Source of the DNA: an uncultured Bacteroidaceae bacterium
GTDB lineage: Bacteria > Bacillota > Clostridia > Christensenellales > CAG-917
Assembly (NCBI GenBank): GCA_964550635.1
Contig: CAZJZV010000001.1
Location: 103,913 to 167,912, forward strand
Reading direction: 5' to 3'
DNA: 64,000 nt
Under the pieces are notes generated by a model. The model ran no database searches, was not told the origin of the DNA, and saw nothing but the letters and a program-made list of their open reading frames with translations. Positions 24,566 through 33,625 of the stretch are shown here, piece after piece; within the stretch, counting starts at the first letter, position 1, and each line of letters starts with the position of its first letter. Made by a program: the position numbers and the translations under genes.

Positions 24566-26365
24566 TCAATCTTCCGCAATATCCGCATAATCTTCGACAC
24601 GCGACGGATTGAAGGTGTTTTCCACTTCGCTTGTTGTGGATTTCGGCACGTCGAGATAGGAGAATATCCCCTTGAATATATCCCCGACCAACGGCGCCGC
24701 CACGAGTGAGCCGTAGTAAACCGAGCCTTGCGGTTCGTCCACTATCATCAACACTCCGTAAGGCGCGCTCCCTTCAAGAGAAAATCCGAGAAATGACGAG
24801 ATATATTTCCCTCTTGCAATCCCGCCGTTTTCATATTTTTGCGCAGTACCCGTCTTGCCCGCAATTTGATAGCCGTTCACGCCTGCGCCCTTACCGCTCC
24901 CCTGACTGACCACCCTTTCGAGCAAAATTCTCATCGTATCCGAAGTTTCTTTGGACACAATTCTGTCGTTTCCGATTTCAAACGAAGTCCCGATAGTCGT
25001 TCCCGACGTCGTATCTTTTACCGACGAAACAAGGTGGGGCGTAACTTTGAATCCGCCGTTCACGACCGCGGACGCCGCAGTCAACATACCGATAGGCGTG
25101 ACCGCCACCGCCTGCCCGAAGCCAATACGCGCAAGGTCTACGTTTTTGACAAGGTTAGGCGATATGAAAATCCCCGACGTTTCCCCCGCCATATCGATAC
25201 CCGTCCGACTTTTCAGTCCGAAAGCGGTAAGGTATGAGTAGAATTTCTCCGTCCCCATAGAGAGTGCGCAATCCATAAACACGCAGTTACAACTTTTCTC
25301 AACCCCTTCCGCGAAGTCGATCGAGCCGTGTCCTTTCGTGCGCCAACATTTGATTTTCTTACCGTCCACCACCCTTGAGCCGGGACAGTAAAACCGCCTT
25401 GACGTGCTTATCGTGCCCGAGTCGAGAGCGGCGGCGGAAGTCAAAATCTTGAAAGTTGATCCCGGTTCGTACACCGTCGATACGAGCGTGCTTTTGGAAT
25501 TTGCGAAAAGGGTTTCGAGATCGTCGCGCGGCACTGCGTTCAAATCGAAAGACGGATATTCCGCAAGGGAAAGTATCTCACCGTTTTCGTAGTTCATCAC
25601 GATACACGCAACTCTTTTTGGATTGTAAGTCGCGACCGCCTTATCAACCGCTCCTTCCACTATGCGTTGGATGGTCGCATCGAGCGTGGTATTCACGTTC
25701 ATACCCCTGACGTACGGCAAATAGTAATCGCTACCGCCGAGTTCTCTACCCACAAGGTCGGTTTCGGTCAAGATTTTTCCGTTTACACCTTTCAGGTATT
25801 TATCGTAATACGCCTCGATCCCCGTCTGTCCGACTCCGTCCGCGCTAGTGAATCCAAGCACCTGCGTCATAAAGTCGCCGTAGGGATAATATCGCAAATT
25901 GTCTTCCGAATAATAAATTCCGCCGAGTCCGCTGTCATAGAGCAAGTTGAGTTGCTCTTTCGTCGCTTTTGTTGCGACTGTGATTTCGGATGCGAATTTC
26001 GAGATTTTTTTCAAAGTTTCGTCGTAATCATAGCCGAAAACGCCTGATAGCAGTCTTGCGACCGCACTTTTATCCGTAACCGCATTAGGTCGCACGTAGA
26101 TATTATATCTCGTTGCGGTCGATGCGAGCGGTTCGCCGTTTCTGTCAAGAATATCCCCGCGGGGTGCGTCCGTAGGCACGCTACGTAGCCACTGCCCGAT
26201 AGCCTTTTTCTGCAAGTCGGCGGAATCTACTATCATCACAAATACCAGTTTTACGAAAACCGCGCAAAATAAAAAGACTATCAGCATTAATGTTGCCAAC
26301 AGTCTTTTCTTTGGATTATGAAAGATTAAAGGATTACTTGATATTGAACGCCGCGTCATAGTCAA
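24566..26365 (-). CDS. Class B penicillin-binding protein (SpoVD/FtsI-type transpeptidase)
   Basis: N-terminal TM segment, with SxxK (GSTFKIL), SxN (KSCNCV) and KTG (GKTGTA). I recognise no PASTA repeat. Confidence 0.85.
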   Translation of the reverse strand: MTMTRRSISSNPLIFHNPKKRLLATLMLIVFLFCAVFVKLVFVMIVDSADLQKKAIGQWLRSVPTDAPRGDILDRNGEPLASTATRYNIYVRPNAVTDKSAVARLLSGVFGYDYDETLKKISKFASEITVATKATKEQLNLLYDSGLGGIYYSEDNLRYYPYGDFMTQVLGFTSADGVGQTGIEAYYDKYLKGVNGKILTETDLVGRELGGSDYYLPYVRGMNVNTTLDATIQRIVEGAVDKAVATYNPKRVACIVMNYENGEILSLAEYPSFDLNAVPRDDLETLFANSKSTLVSTVYEPGSTFKILTSAAALDSGTISTSRRFYCPGSRVVDGKKIKCWRTKGHGSIDFAEGVEKSCNCVFMDCALSMGTEKFYSYLTAFGLKSRTGIDMAGETSGIFISPNLVKNVDLARIGFGQAVAVTPIGMLTAASAVVNGGFKVTPHLVSSVKDTTSGTTIGTSFEIGNDRIVSKETSDTMRILLERVVSQGSGKGAGVNGYQIAGKTGTAQKYENGGIARGKYISSFLGFSLEGSAPYGVLMIVDEPQGSVYYGSLVAAPLVGDIFKGIFSYLDVPKSTTSEVENTFNPSRVEDYADIAED

Positions 26366-27119
26366 AGTCTATTGAAGACGCGTCCGAAATATGACTGACA
26401 GCGGAATCCTGCACCACACCGGATATGGAGGAGGAAGGTGTGGTGGCAGTTCCGTTATTAAGATTGCCTGCGTTTACGATGATGAGCACCGCGACGAGAA
26501 TGATGACCGCAAAGTAAACCGCGAGAAGCACTTTTGCTTTGGTGTTGAGACGTGCTTTTTTGGTGCTTTCGCTCTTGTAGGATTTCTTTGCAGGAGCAAA
26601 AGAACTGGTCTTTTCATAGCTATTCTCTTCCACTCTTGCGGCGGGAGTAGCGGTCATGGCAGAACTTGCGGAGAGTCTGTCGAAGAGTTCTCTATCCGAA
26701 GGTCTTTCGCTATCCTGTCTTGCGAAATCGTGGAAAGAATTTTCTCTGGTTTCGACGGGAGCAAAGGAAGAATAATCTTTGTAGCCGTAGTCTTGGGATG
26801 CGGGGCGAACGGGTGCTTCGCTTCTGCGACGCATTTGTTCAAAACCTCTATCCGCGCTAGGTTGATATTCGCTCGTTCTGGGGAGTTCGTAAGGACGAGA
26901 CGCCTCGTAGGCTCTGATATTCTCTTCGGAGCGCGGGGAACTTTGAACCACGGTATAACCGTTGAAGCGACGTTGTTCTTCGTCCGCACGGACCGTGCGA
27001 CCTCTACCGCTTCTGATTTCGTTATATTGATTAAATTGAGGGAAACTGTCGTAAGTCACCTCGTCTTTGGTTTTCGAATTCATACCGAGCAATTCGTCCA
27101 ACGTAATAGCCATAGTCAT
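26334..27119 (-). CDS. Hypothetical bitopic protein at the FtsL position (long disordered N-terminus, one TM, short tail)
   Basis: 261 aa with a single hydrophobic segment VLLAVYFAVIILVAVLIIV near the C-terminus. It lies between rsmH and the PBP. I see no recognisable FtsL coiled coil. Confidence 0.5.
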   Translation of the reverse strand: MTMAITLDELLGMNSKTKDEVTYDSFPQFNQYNEIRSGRGRTVRADEEQRRFNGYTVVQSSPRSEENIRAYEASRPYELPRTSEYQPSADRGFEQMRRRSEAPVRPASQDYGYKDYSSFAPVETRENSFHDFARQDSERPSDRELFDRLSASSAMTATPAARVEENSYEKTSSFAPAKKSYKSESTKKARLNTKAKVLLAVYFAVIILVAVLIIVNAGNLNNGTATTPSSSISGVVQDSAVSHISDASSIDFDYDAAFNIK

Positions 27120-27123
27120 CTCC

Positions 27124-28059
27124 TTATAATCTTTCCGCTATTCTGAGTTTTGCGCTTTCGGCACGAGAGTTGATTTTCAATTCATCGTCCGAAGCAATGA
27201 TAGGTTTTTTATTTATTAGTTTTATTTCTTGTTTCTTACCGCATACGCACACCGGGAAGTCGGGCGGACACGTGCAAGAGAGAGTGAGTTCTTTGAACGC
27301 GTTTTTCACTATTCTATCCTCAAGGGAATGGAAGGTGATTATCGCTATTCTACCGCCCTTTTTCAGTCGAAGCGCCATTTGCTTGATTGTTTCTTCGAGC
27401 GCCGTCAATTCCCCGTTAACCGCTATTCTAATCGCTTGGAACGTGCGTTTTGCAGGATGACCGAATTTCCATCTCACCGCCGCGGGATAACAATCTTCGA
27501 CTATCTTTGCAAGTTGCAGAGTGGTCGATATGGTTTGCTTTTCTCTGACGAGTGCTATCCTTTCCGCTATTCTCGGCGCGAACTTTTCTTCGCCGTAGTC
27601 GTATAGTATTTTTGTGATTTCCCCAACGCTGTATTCGTTCACGATATTGAATGCGGTCAGATATTGCGACCTGTCCATTCTCATATCGAGCGGAGCGTCT
27701 TTCATATAACTGAATCCTCTTTCCGCGTTGTCGAGTTGATAAGAACTGACGCCGAGATCGAGAAGTATTCCGTCCACTTCCTCAATGCCGAGTTGGTCGA
27801 GCACCGAACAAAGATTTTTGAAGTCGTCGTGTACGTACGTAATATTGTTCGCGTACGCGTGCAACCTTTCCCCTGCCGCAAGAAGTGCGTCTTCGTCGCG
27901 GTCGATTGCGATAAGTCGTCCGCTCTCTCCGAGCCTCTTGACGATTTCCAAGGAGTGTCCCCCACCGCCGAGCGTACCGTCCACGTAGATGCCGTCTTGT
28001 TTGACGTCAAGCCCTTTCAGGCACTCTTCGAGCATAACCGGGATATGTACGAATTCCAT
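27124..28059 (-). CDS. rsmH: 16S rRNA (cytosine1402-N4)-methyltransferase
   Basis: Motifs HIPVMLEECL, DGTLGGGGHS and DLGVSSYQLD. Confidence 0.95.
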   Translation of the reverse strand: MEFVHIPVMLEECLKGLDVKQDGIYVDGTLGGGGHSLEIVKRLGESGRLIAIDRDEDALLAAGERLHAYANNITYVHDDFKNLCSVLDQLGIEEVDGILLDLGVSSYQLDNAERGFSYMKDAPLDMRMDRSQYLTAFNIVNEYSVGEITKILYDYGEEKFAPRIAERIALVREKQTISTTLQLAKIVEDCYPAAVRWKFGHPAKRTFQAIRIAVNGELTALEETIKQMALRLKKGGRIAIITFHSLEDRIVKNAFKELTLSCTCPPDFPVCVCGKKQEIKLINKKPIIASDDELKINSRAESAKLRIAERL

Positions 28060-28062
28060 TTG

Positions 28063-28530
28063 TTACACTCCGCGATTTCTGAGGTTCTCAAGCGCGCGAT
28101 TGACGTTTTCGGAATTGAGATAGTTGAATCTTTCGTCCCACACTTCCCCCGACCACAGTTCGAGATAGTGTCCCTTGCCGACGAAGACTATATCTTTCGT
28201 CGCTTTCAACATTGCGCTGAGATTGGGTGAGAGTTTCATTCTGCCTTGACCGTCTTCCTCGACGTCCTGCATAGAGCCGAAATACGTCGTGAGGTTGTCC
28301 GCGTCTTCTCCACCGCTATACAAGCGAGGATCGTTGATACGTTCGTAGATTTCTTCAAATCTGTTTTCCGAAACGATATACAGACAGAATTTCCCGGTTT
28401 GCTTGCCGACTTCCCTGCCCGGAAGGATATAGGCTTTCTCACCAAGTGTCTGACGGAACTTGGCGGGGATCCTAAATCTTTCTTTGTCGTCCAGTTGGTG
28501 GCGGACGCTACCGAGCATCAAATCGAGCAT
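28063..28530 (-). CDS. mraZ: Transcriptional regulator MraZ
   Basis: Two SpoVT/AbrB-like halves with the DxxxR motif (LDDKERFRIPAKFR; QGRMKLSPNL). First gene of the dcw cluster. Confidence 0.9.
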   Translation of the reverse strand: MLDLMLGSVRHQLDDKERFRIPAKFRQTLGEKAYILPGREVGKQTGKFCLYIVSENRFEEIYERINDPRLYSGGEDADNLTTYFGSMQDVEEDGQGRMKLSPNLSAMLKATKDIVFVGKGHYLELWSGEVWDERFNYLNSENVNRALENLRNRGV

Positions 28531-28560
28531 AGTTTACCCTTTGTTTTTTATTTCGATATT

Positions 28561-28589
28561 AGTCTAGCACAATGTATGACCATTGTCAA
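28561..28589 (-). promoter_or_regulatory. Candidate Pmra: TTGACA-N17-(TGc)TAGACT
   Basis: The minus strand reads gggTTGACAatggtcatacattgTGcTAGACT, about 30 nt upstream of the mraZ ATG. Confidence 0.45.
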
Positions 28590-28825
28590 CCCGATTTTTA
28601 AAAAATTTTTTTGCCACTATTTAGTAGGGTTTTTGCGGTTTTTCGATTTTTGCCATTGTTCACAAGTTAACCGTATGCAAAACACTTCCCCGCTCGTTTA
28701 TTCAAAATTGCATAACCCCTGTGAACAGTGGATTTTTCGGTGTTTTCGCCATGAATAACCACCCTGTTTTTCGCAAAAATTCCGCCAAAAATCGCCAAAA
28801 ATCAAAATTTTTCGACCACGTCCGC

Positions 28826-28853
28826 ACCATTCTCAACCCATAGACATAAAATA
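28826..28853 (+). promoter_or_regulatory. Candidate sigma-K-type promoter (AC-N17-CATAAAATA)
   Basis: gcACcattctcaacccatagaCATAAAATA matches the recalled sigma-K consensus AC-16/18-CATAnnnTA. It lies 28 nt upstream of the 28881 ATG, which has the SD AAGGAGG. Confidence 0.4.
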
Positions 28854-28880
28854 CAACGACAAATTCAAGGAGGTAAAAAG

Positions 28881-29513
28881 ATGTCTTTTTGCAACAATTC
28901 AAGCACCGACAGATGTCCCGGGAACATCAGCGGAAACCCTATCAACGGACTGTCTGAAAAAGTTTGCGTTCAAGTCAGAAAGGTTTTCGACGCCTGCATG
29001 ACTCAACAAACTCTCGAAACAACCACAGTCACTCTCACCGACTTAACGCCGGCAAGTCCCACCCTCCCCCTAACCTTCGTTAGCGGCACTTCAACGTCGA
29101 GTACGGGAACAATCACCGCACTCACCGTCACCCCGATTGCCGATAGGCAAGGACTGTCGAGAGTGCAAGCAACCGTATCTATCCCTATCCGCATCAACTA
29201 CACCGATGCAAACGGCACGGCAGGTAGCGGAACGGGCACGATTTCAATCACCGAAGACGTCGTTATGTGCGTCCCTACGGGAAGCGTATTCCCCGCCGAA
29301 CTCGTAGCGTCCGTCAATATGGCAAGTCCGAGCGGTTCATTTGTCAGCGACAACGACTTCTCGATAACCGCCTGCACGACGGTAATACTTAAAGTGGTAG
29401 CAGACGTCAATCTTTTGGTGCCGTCCTACGGCTATTGCAGAATACCCGAATGTACCCAATTCAACCAAGAAGCGTGTCAAGGAGTATTCGATTTGCCGTT
29501 ATTCCCGTCGTAA
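28881..29513 (+). CDS. Hypothetical Cys- and Thr/Ser-rich protein (possible spore-surface protein)
   Basis: 210 aa with a strong SD and no signal peptide. Cys residues cluster at the N-terminus (C4, C12, C29, C39) and the C-terminus (YGYCRIPECTQFNQEACQG). The middle is T/S/G-rich. Confidence 0.7.
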   Translation: MSFCNNSSTDRCPGNISGNPINGLSEKVCVQVRKVFDACMTQQTLETTTVTLTDLTPASPTLPLTFVSGTSTSSTGTITALTVTPIADRQGLSRVQATVSIPIRINYTDANGTAGSGTGTISITEDVVMCVPTGSVFPAELVASVNMASPSGSFVSDNDFSITACTTVILKVVADVNLLVPSYGYCRIPECTQFNQEACQGVFDLPLFPS

Positions 29514-29660
29514 TCGACAGTTTTCGACATTCTAATGCGGCGAATTTCGCATTTCATAGCAAACGAAACTCACCGCAAAAGGAAAAGTGCCGACGCACCC
29601 AACCATTCGCAAAAACAAATATCGGCACAAACAACAGATTTGAACAGAAAAAATCACACC

Positions 29661-29692
29661 GATTGCGACGCATTTGCGTCGCAATCTTTCTC
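29661..29692 (+). terminator. Intrinsic terminator-like hairpin
   Basis: GATTGCGACGCA-TT-TGCGTCGCAATC is a 12-bp perfect stem followed by TTTCTCT, about 150 nt after the 29513 stop. Confidence 0.5.
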
Positions 29693-29951
29693 TAAAAACT
29701 GTTTTTATTCCCACGTAACACCTTATGACAACAATCAAATCGTTTTAGTTCTATCCGCTCAACTTATGACAAAAAAAAATCAAACTGCCTTACTTTACCC
29801 CAACAACCGATGATTATAACGTTACGTTTTTATCCAAGCGACACGTGATAATAAACAAACCGCTTCGCCTCTGACCAAACAATTCGCAACAAGCACACCT
29901 ATATTTTTACGGTTTGCAAAATCAACTTTTATATAAATATAATAAACTTAT

Positions 29952-29979
29952 TTGAGTTTAGGAATTTTTATGATATAAT
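29952..29979 (+). promoter_or_regulatory. Promoter abutting the start codon: TTGAGT-N16-(TGa)TATAAT-N6-ATG
   Basis: TATAAT at 29974-29979, ATG at 29986, no SD. This predicts a leaderless mRNA. Confidence 0.45.
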
Positions 29980-29985
29980 AAAGTC

Positions 29986-30699
29986 ATGAAAGTATTTGCA
30001 ATAAGCGATCTTCATCTCTCCACCGTCGTAGAAAAACCTATGAACGTGTTTGGGGACGATTGGAACGACTATTTTGAAAAGATAACCGCGGATTGGCAGG
30101 AAAAAGTCACCGAGAATGACGTAATACTTCTCGGTGGCGATTTGTCTTGGGGAATTTCCATTGACGAGGCAAAACCCGACTACGACTTGATTTCCGCACT
30201 CAACGGCAAAAAAGTGGTCGTAAGAGGAAATCACGACTATTATTGGGACACTCTTTCCAAAATTCAAAAGGCATTCCCCGACTTTTTATTCTTGCAGAAT
30301 AACTGCATAAGAATCGGCAATCTTCTAGTCGTCGGTTCACGCGGTTGGACAATACCTACGGACGACACCACGCAAGAAGACAAGAAGATATACGACAGAG
30401 AGCTTATTCGCCTTGAACTTTCTCTCACCGCAATGCAAAGGGTGCGCAAACCCGACGACTTTGTCGTCGCACTTCTACACTATCCGCCCTTCGATGCAAA
30501 ATACAACGACACGGCAGTCACTACACTTCTTGAAAAATACGAAGTGAATGCAGTCACCTACGGACACCTACACGGCAAAAACGTGCGCGTGACTCCCAAG
30601 GTTGTGAAAAACGGTATTCCCTACTATCTGACGTCCTGCGACCTGATAGGCAACCGCCTTGTCTTCATCGCAGATTTAGGCGACACGGTTTCAGAATAG
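29986..30699 (+). CDS. Metallophosphoesterase (calcineurin-like)
   Basis: Motifs ISDLHL, GGDLSW, GNHDYYW and GHLHG. Confidence 0.8.
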   Translation: MKVFAISDLHLSTVVEKPMNVFGDDWNDYFEKITADWQEKVTENDVILLGGDLSWGISIDEAKPDYDLISALNGKKVVVRGNHDYYWDTLSKIQKAFPDFLFLQNNCIRIGNLLVVGSRGWTIPTDDTTQEDKKIYDRELIRLELSLTAMQRVRKPDDFVVALLHYPPFDAKYNDTAVTTLLEKYEVNAVTYGHLHGKNVRVTPKVVKNGIPYYLTSCDLIGNRLVFIADLGDTVSE

Positions 30700-30984
30700 C
30701 ACTCGCACCACACCCCACAACTGAAACCGTAGTAAAATCTCCGCCCAAAACATACGGAAAAACAACACAGACTAAAAGTTGAATAAACGGCTCAACTGCA
30801 CAATAATGCGTTGCGCAAAAAATCCGTCCTACATATACACAACCCAAGCCCGATAAACATTGCGTAATACAAGCGACTCAAACTTGTAAAAAAACAACGT
30901 TACATAACACACGAAACACAAATCCAATCTCAATCACACAAACGAAAAACAATAATTCATCAATCATAATGTAATGATAGATAA

Positions 30985-31017
30985 AAAAATGCGCACGCTG
31001 CACGCGTGCGTATTTAT
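30985..31017. terminator. Bidirectional terminator-like hairpin
   Basis: An A7 run, then CGCACGC-tgcac-GCGTGCG, then TATTTATTT. It lies between the phosphoesterase (+) and engB (-). Confidence 0.5.
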
Positions 31018-31087
31018 TTATATAAAGCGTGTTATATAAGTGAATTTTTGGAAAAGTATTCCAAAAAATCAACTTTTTTAGAATGGT

Positions 31088-31672
31088 TTAGCCTAAAATT
31101 TGGGCAATTCTTTCAAAAATCGCATCTTTTCCCGTCTTATTGAGAGAGGACGTGAAGTAGATATTATCCGCCCCTACTCCCATTGCAGACGCAATGATTT
31201 GCCTACTTTTCATCTGTTGTTGACGACTGAGTTTGTCCGCTTTCGTGGCAATCAACGTGAACGGAATGTTGAAGTGAAACAAGAAATTGACAAGCATTTT
31301 GTCGTCGTCCGTCGGCACGTGACGGCAATCAAGCAGGACGAAAACGTTTTTCAATCTATCGCTCTTTTGAAGATAACCTTCAATCATTCCGCCCCACTTC
31401 GACTTCTCCGTCTTTGCAACTTTTGCATAGCCGTAACCGGGCAAATCCACGATATAAAATTCACCGCCGTTGATTTCAAAGTAGTTGAGCAAGCGCGTGC
31501 GACCGGGGTCCCCCGACGTGCGTGCAAGTTTTCCGTTGTTGCAAATGAAGTTTATGAAGGAAGATTTTCCGACGTTAGACTTCCCCGCAATCGCGATTTC
31601 AGGCGCACCCGTATCGTAGAGTGCGTTTGAGTCCGCAACGGACGTTACGAATTTTGCATTTTTGATAACCAT
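31088..31672 (-). CDS. engB: Ribosome biogenesis GTPase YsxC/EngB
   Basis: G1 GKSNVGKSS, G3 DLPGYG and G4 TKADK. The ATG at 31672 has the SD AGGTG. Confidence 0.9.
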   Translation of the reverse strand: MVIKNAKFVTSVADSNALYDTGAPEIAIAGKSNVGKSSFINFICNNGKLARTSGDPGRTRLLNYFEINGGEFYIVDLPGYGYAKVAKTEKSKWGGMIEGYLQKSDRLKNVFVLLDCRHVPTDDDKMLVNFLFHFNIPFTLIATKADKLSRQQQMKSRQIIASAMGVGADNIYFTSSLNKTGKDAIFERIAQILG

Positions 31673-31747
31673 AATCACCTCACGGCAAATTGCCGTTTTC
31701 TTTTCGAGAGTATAAAAATAGCGCATCTAATGCGCTATTTTTGATTG

Positions 31748-32992
31748 TTACGCTATTTCTTCCGCGTTCTTTCTGACGATTTCGGGTTTCGCTTTTTCGG
31801 TTATGCACTTCTCGCCGACGATGACTTTTGAAATCGTTTTGTCGGACGGAATGTCGTACATAAGGTCAAGTAACAACGTTTCGAGAATGGATCTCAAACC
31901 GCGTGCGCCCGTTTTCAGTTGGATTGCTTTGTTTGCAATCGCTTTCAACGCGGAATCGTCAAACTCAAGGTCGACGTCGTCAAGTTTGAATTGAGTCTTA
32001 TATTGCTTGGTGAGAGCGTTCTTCGGCTCGGACAAAATCTTCACAAGTGCGGTTTCGTCAAGCGCATTGAGTCCGACAACGATAGGCACTCTTCCCACAA
32101 ATTCGGGAATCAAACCGTATTTCACAAGGTCTGCGGGTTGCAACGCTTCGATAAGTTCGTCGTAACGATATTCGATCGTGCCTTTCACCGCACTGCCGAA
32201 ACCAAGTTTGGAGTTATCCTTTCTCTCGTCCACGATTTTATCAATGCCCACGAACGCACCACCGCAGATGAACAGGATATTCGTCGTGTCGATTTGGTAG
32301 CATTCTTGATTGGGATGCTTTCTTCCGCCTTGAGGAGGAACGCTTGCAACGGTGCCTTCGATTATTTTAAGAAGTGCTTGTTGCACGCCTTCACCGCTAA
32401 CGTCGCGAGTGATGGACACGTTTTCGCCTTTTCTTGCGATTTTGTCGATTTCGTCGATATAGATGATGCCGACTTCCGCTTTTTTGACGTCGCCGTCCGC
32501 GGCTAATATGAGTTTGAGCAAGATATTTTCCACGTCTTCACCGACGTAACCCGCTTCAGTGAGCGTGGTTGCATCCGCAACCGCGAAGGGTACGTTGAGA
32601 ATTTGCGCGAGAGTTTTGGCAAGCAGAGTCTTCCCCGAGCCCGTAGGTCCGAGAACGAGAACGTTGCTTTTTTCGAGAACAACGCCGTCGCTATTTCTCT
32701 TTTTTGCCTGATTCACGCGTTTGTAGTGGTTGTAAACCGCGACGGAAAGCACCTTTTTAGCAGCTTCTTGACCTACGATATATTCGTCGAGTTTTTCTTT
32801 TATCTGGCGCGGAGTGTAGAGAGAAACCACGTCTTCCTTCTCGATTCTTCTATCCTTTTTCTTTTCGAGAAGGTAGGCGCACTTTCCGATACACTCGTTG
32901 CAGATGAACAACTCGTTAGGTCCTGCCACGAGGTCGACTTCGTCGCTGCTTTTACCGCAGAAACAACAATGCTCGATTTTTCTATAATCCAT
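31748..32992 (-). CDS. clpX: ATP-dependent Clp protease ATP-binding subunit ClpX
   Basis: Zinc finger CCFCGKS...CNEC, Walker A GPTGSGKT and the GYVGED pore loop. Confidence 0.95.
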   Translation of the reverse strand: MDYRKIEHCCFCGKSSDEVDLVAGPNELFICNECIGKCAYLLEKKKDRRIEKEDVVSLYTPRQIKEKLDEYIVGQEAAKKVLSVAVYNHYKRVNQAKKRNSDGVVLEKSNVLVLGPTGSGKTLLAKTLAQILNVPFAVADATTLTEAGYVGEDVENILLKLILAADGDVKKAEVGIIYIDEIDKIARKGENVSITRDVSGEGVQQALLKIIEGTVASVPPQGGRKHPNQECYQIDTTNILFICGGAFVGIDKIVDERKDNSKLGFGSAVKGTIEYRYDELIEALQPADLVKYGLIPEFVGRVPIVVGLNALDETALVKILSEPKNALTKQYKTQFKLDDVDLEFDDSALKAIANKAIQLKTGARGLRSILETLLLDLMYDIPSDKTISKVIVGEKCITEKAKPEIVRKNAEEIA

Positions 32993-33007
32993 ATTACTCC
33001 GTTGGAA

Positions 33008-33601
33008 TTATTGACGATGCACGAAAATTTTGTCGATGAGACCGTACTTTTGCGCCTCGTCGGCGGTCATGTAGTAATCTCTATCGGTGTCAATTTCCAC
33101 TTTTGCAAGGGGTTGACCTGAATTTTCGGCAAGAATACTATTGAGTTTGCTCTTCGTTTTGAGAATCTCTTCCGCTACGATTGCGATATCGCTCGCTTGA
33201 CCTTGAGCACCGCCGAGAGGTTGGTGGATCATGATCTTGGAGTTCGGGAGAGAATATCTCTTGCCCTTCGTGCCCGACGACAGCAAGAATGCACCCATCG
33301 ACGCCGCAAGACCGATGCAGATAGTGGAAACGTCGCACTTGATATAGTTCATAGTGTCGTAGATTGCCATACCTGCGGACACCGATCCGCCCGGGCTATT
33401 GATGTAGATGCTAATATCCTTTTGGCTGTCTTTGCCTTCCAAGAACAAAAGTTGTGCGACTATGCTATTTGCAAGATCATCGTTGATTTCTCCGCTGAGG
33501 AAGATGATTCTATCATCGAGAAGTCTTGAATAGAGGTCGTACGAACGTTCGCCTTGGGCGGTTCTTTCGACAACGTAAGGTATGAGGGTGTTATTCATCA
33601 T
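33008..33601 (-). CDS. clpP: ATP-dependent Clp protease proteolytic subunit
   Basis: Motifs [22 protein letters not shown] and MIHQPLGG. Confidence 0.95.
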   Translation of the reverse strand: MMNNTLIPYVVERTAQGERSYDLYSRLLDDRIIFLSGEINDDLANSIVAQLLFLEGKDSQKDISIYINSPGGSVSAGMAIYDTMNYIKCDVSTICIGLAASMGAFLLSSGTKGKRYSLPNSKIMIHQPLGGAQGQASDIAIVAEEILKTKSKLNSILAENSGQPLAKVEIDTDRDYYMTADEAQKYGLIDKIFVHRQ

Positions 33602-33625
33602 TTCATTCTCCTTCCTGACCGAGAA

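Noticed and set aside
29535-29813. A 92-aa ORF, and other short ORFs inside the A/C-rich tracts (for example 54495-54728 and 54745-54960).
   Set aside because: Their composition (K/N/T/Q/H-rich) simply mirrors the nucleotide bias. They have no SD or start context, and several cross terminator hairpins.
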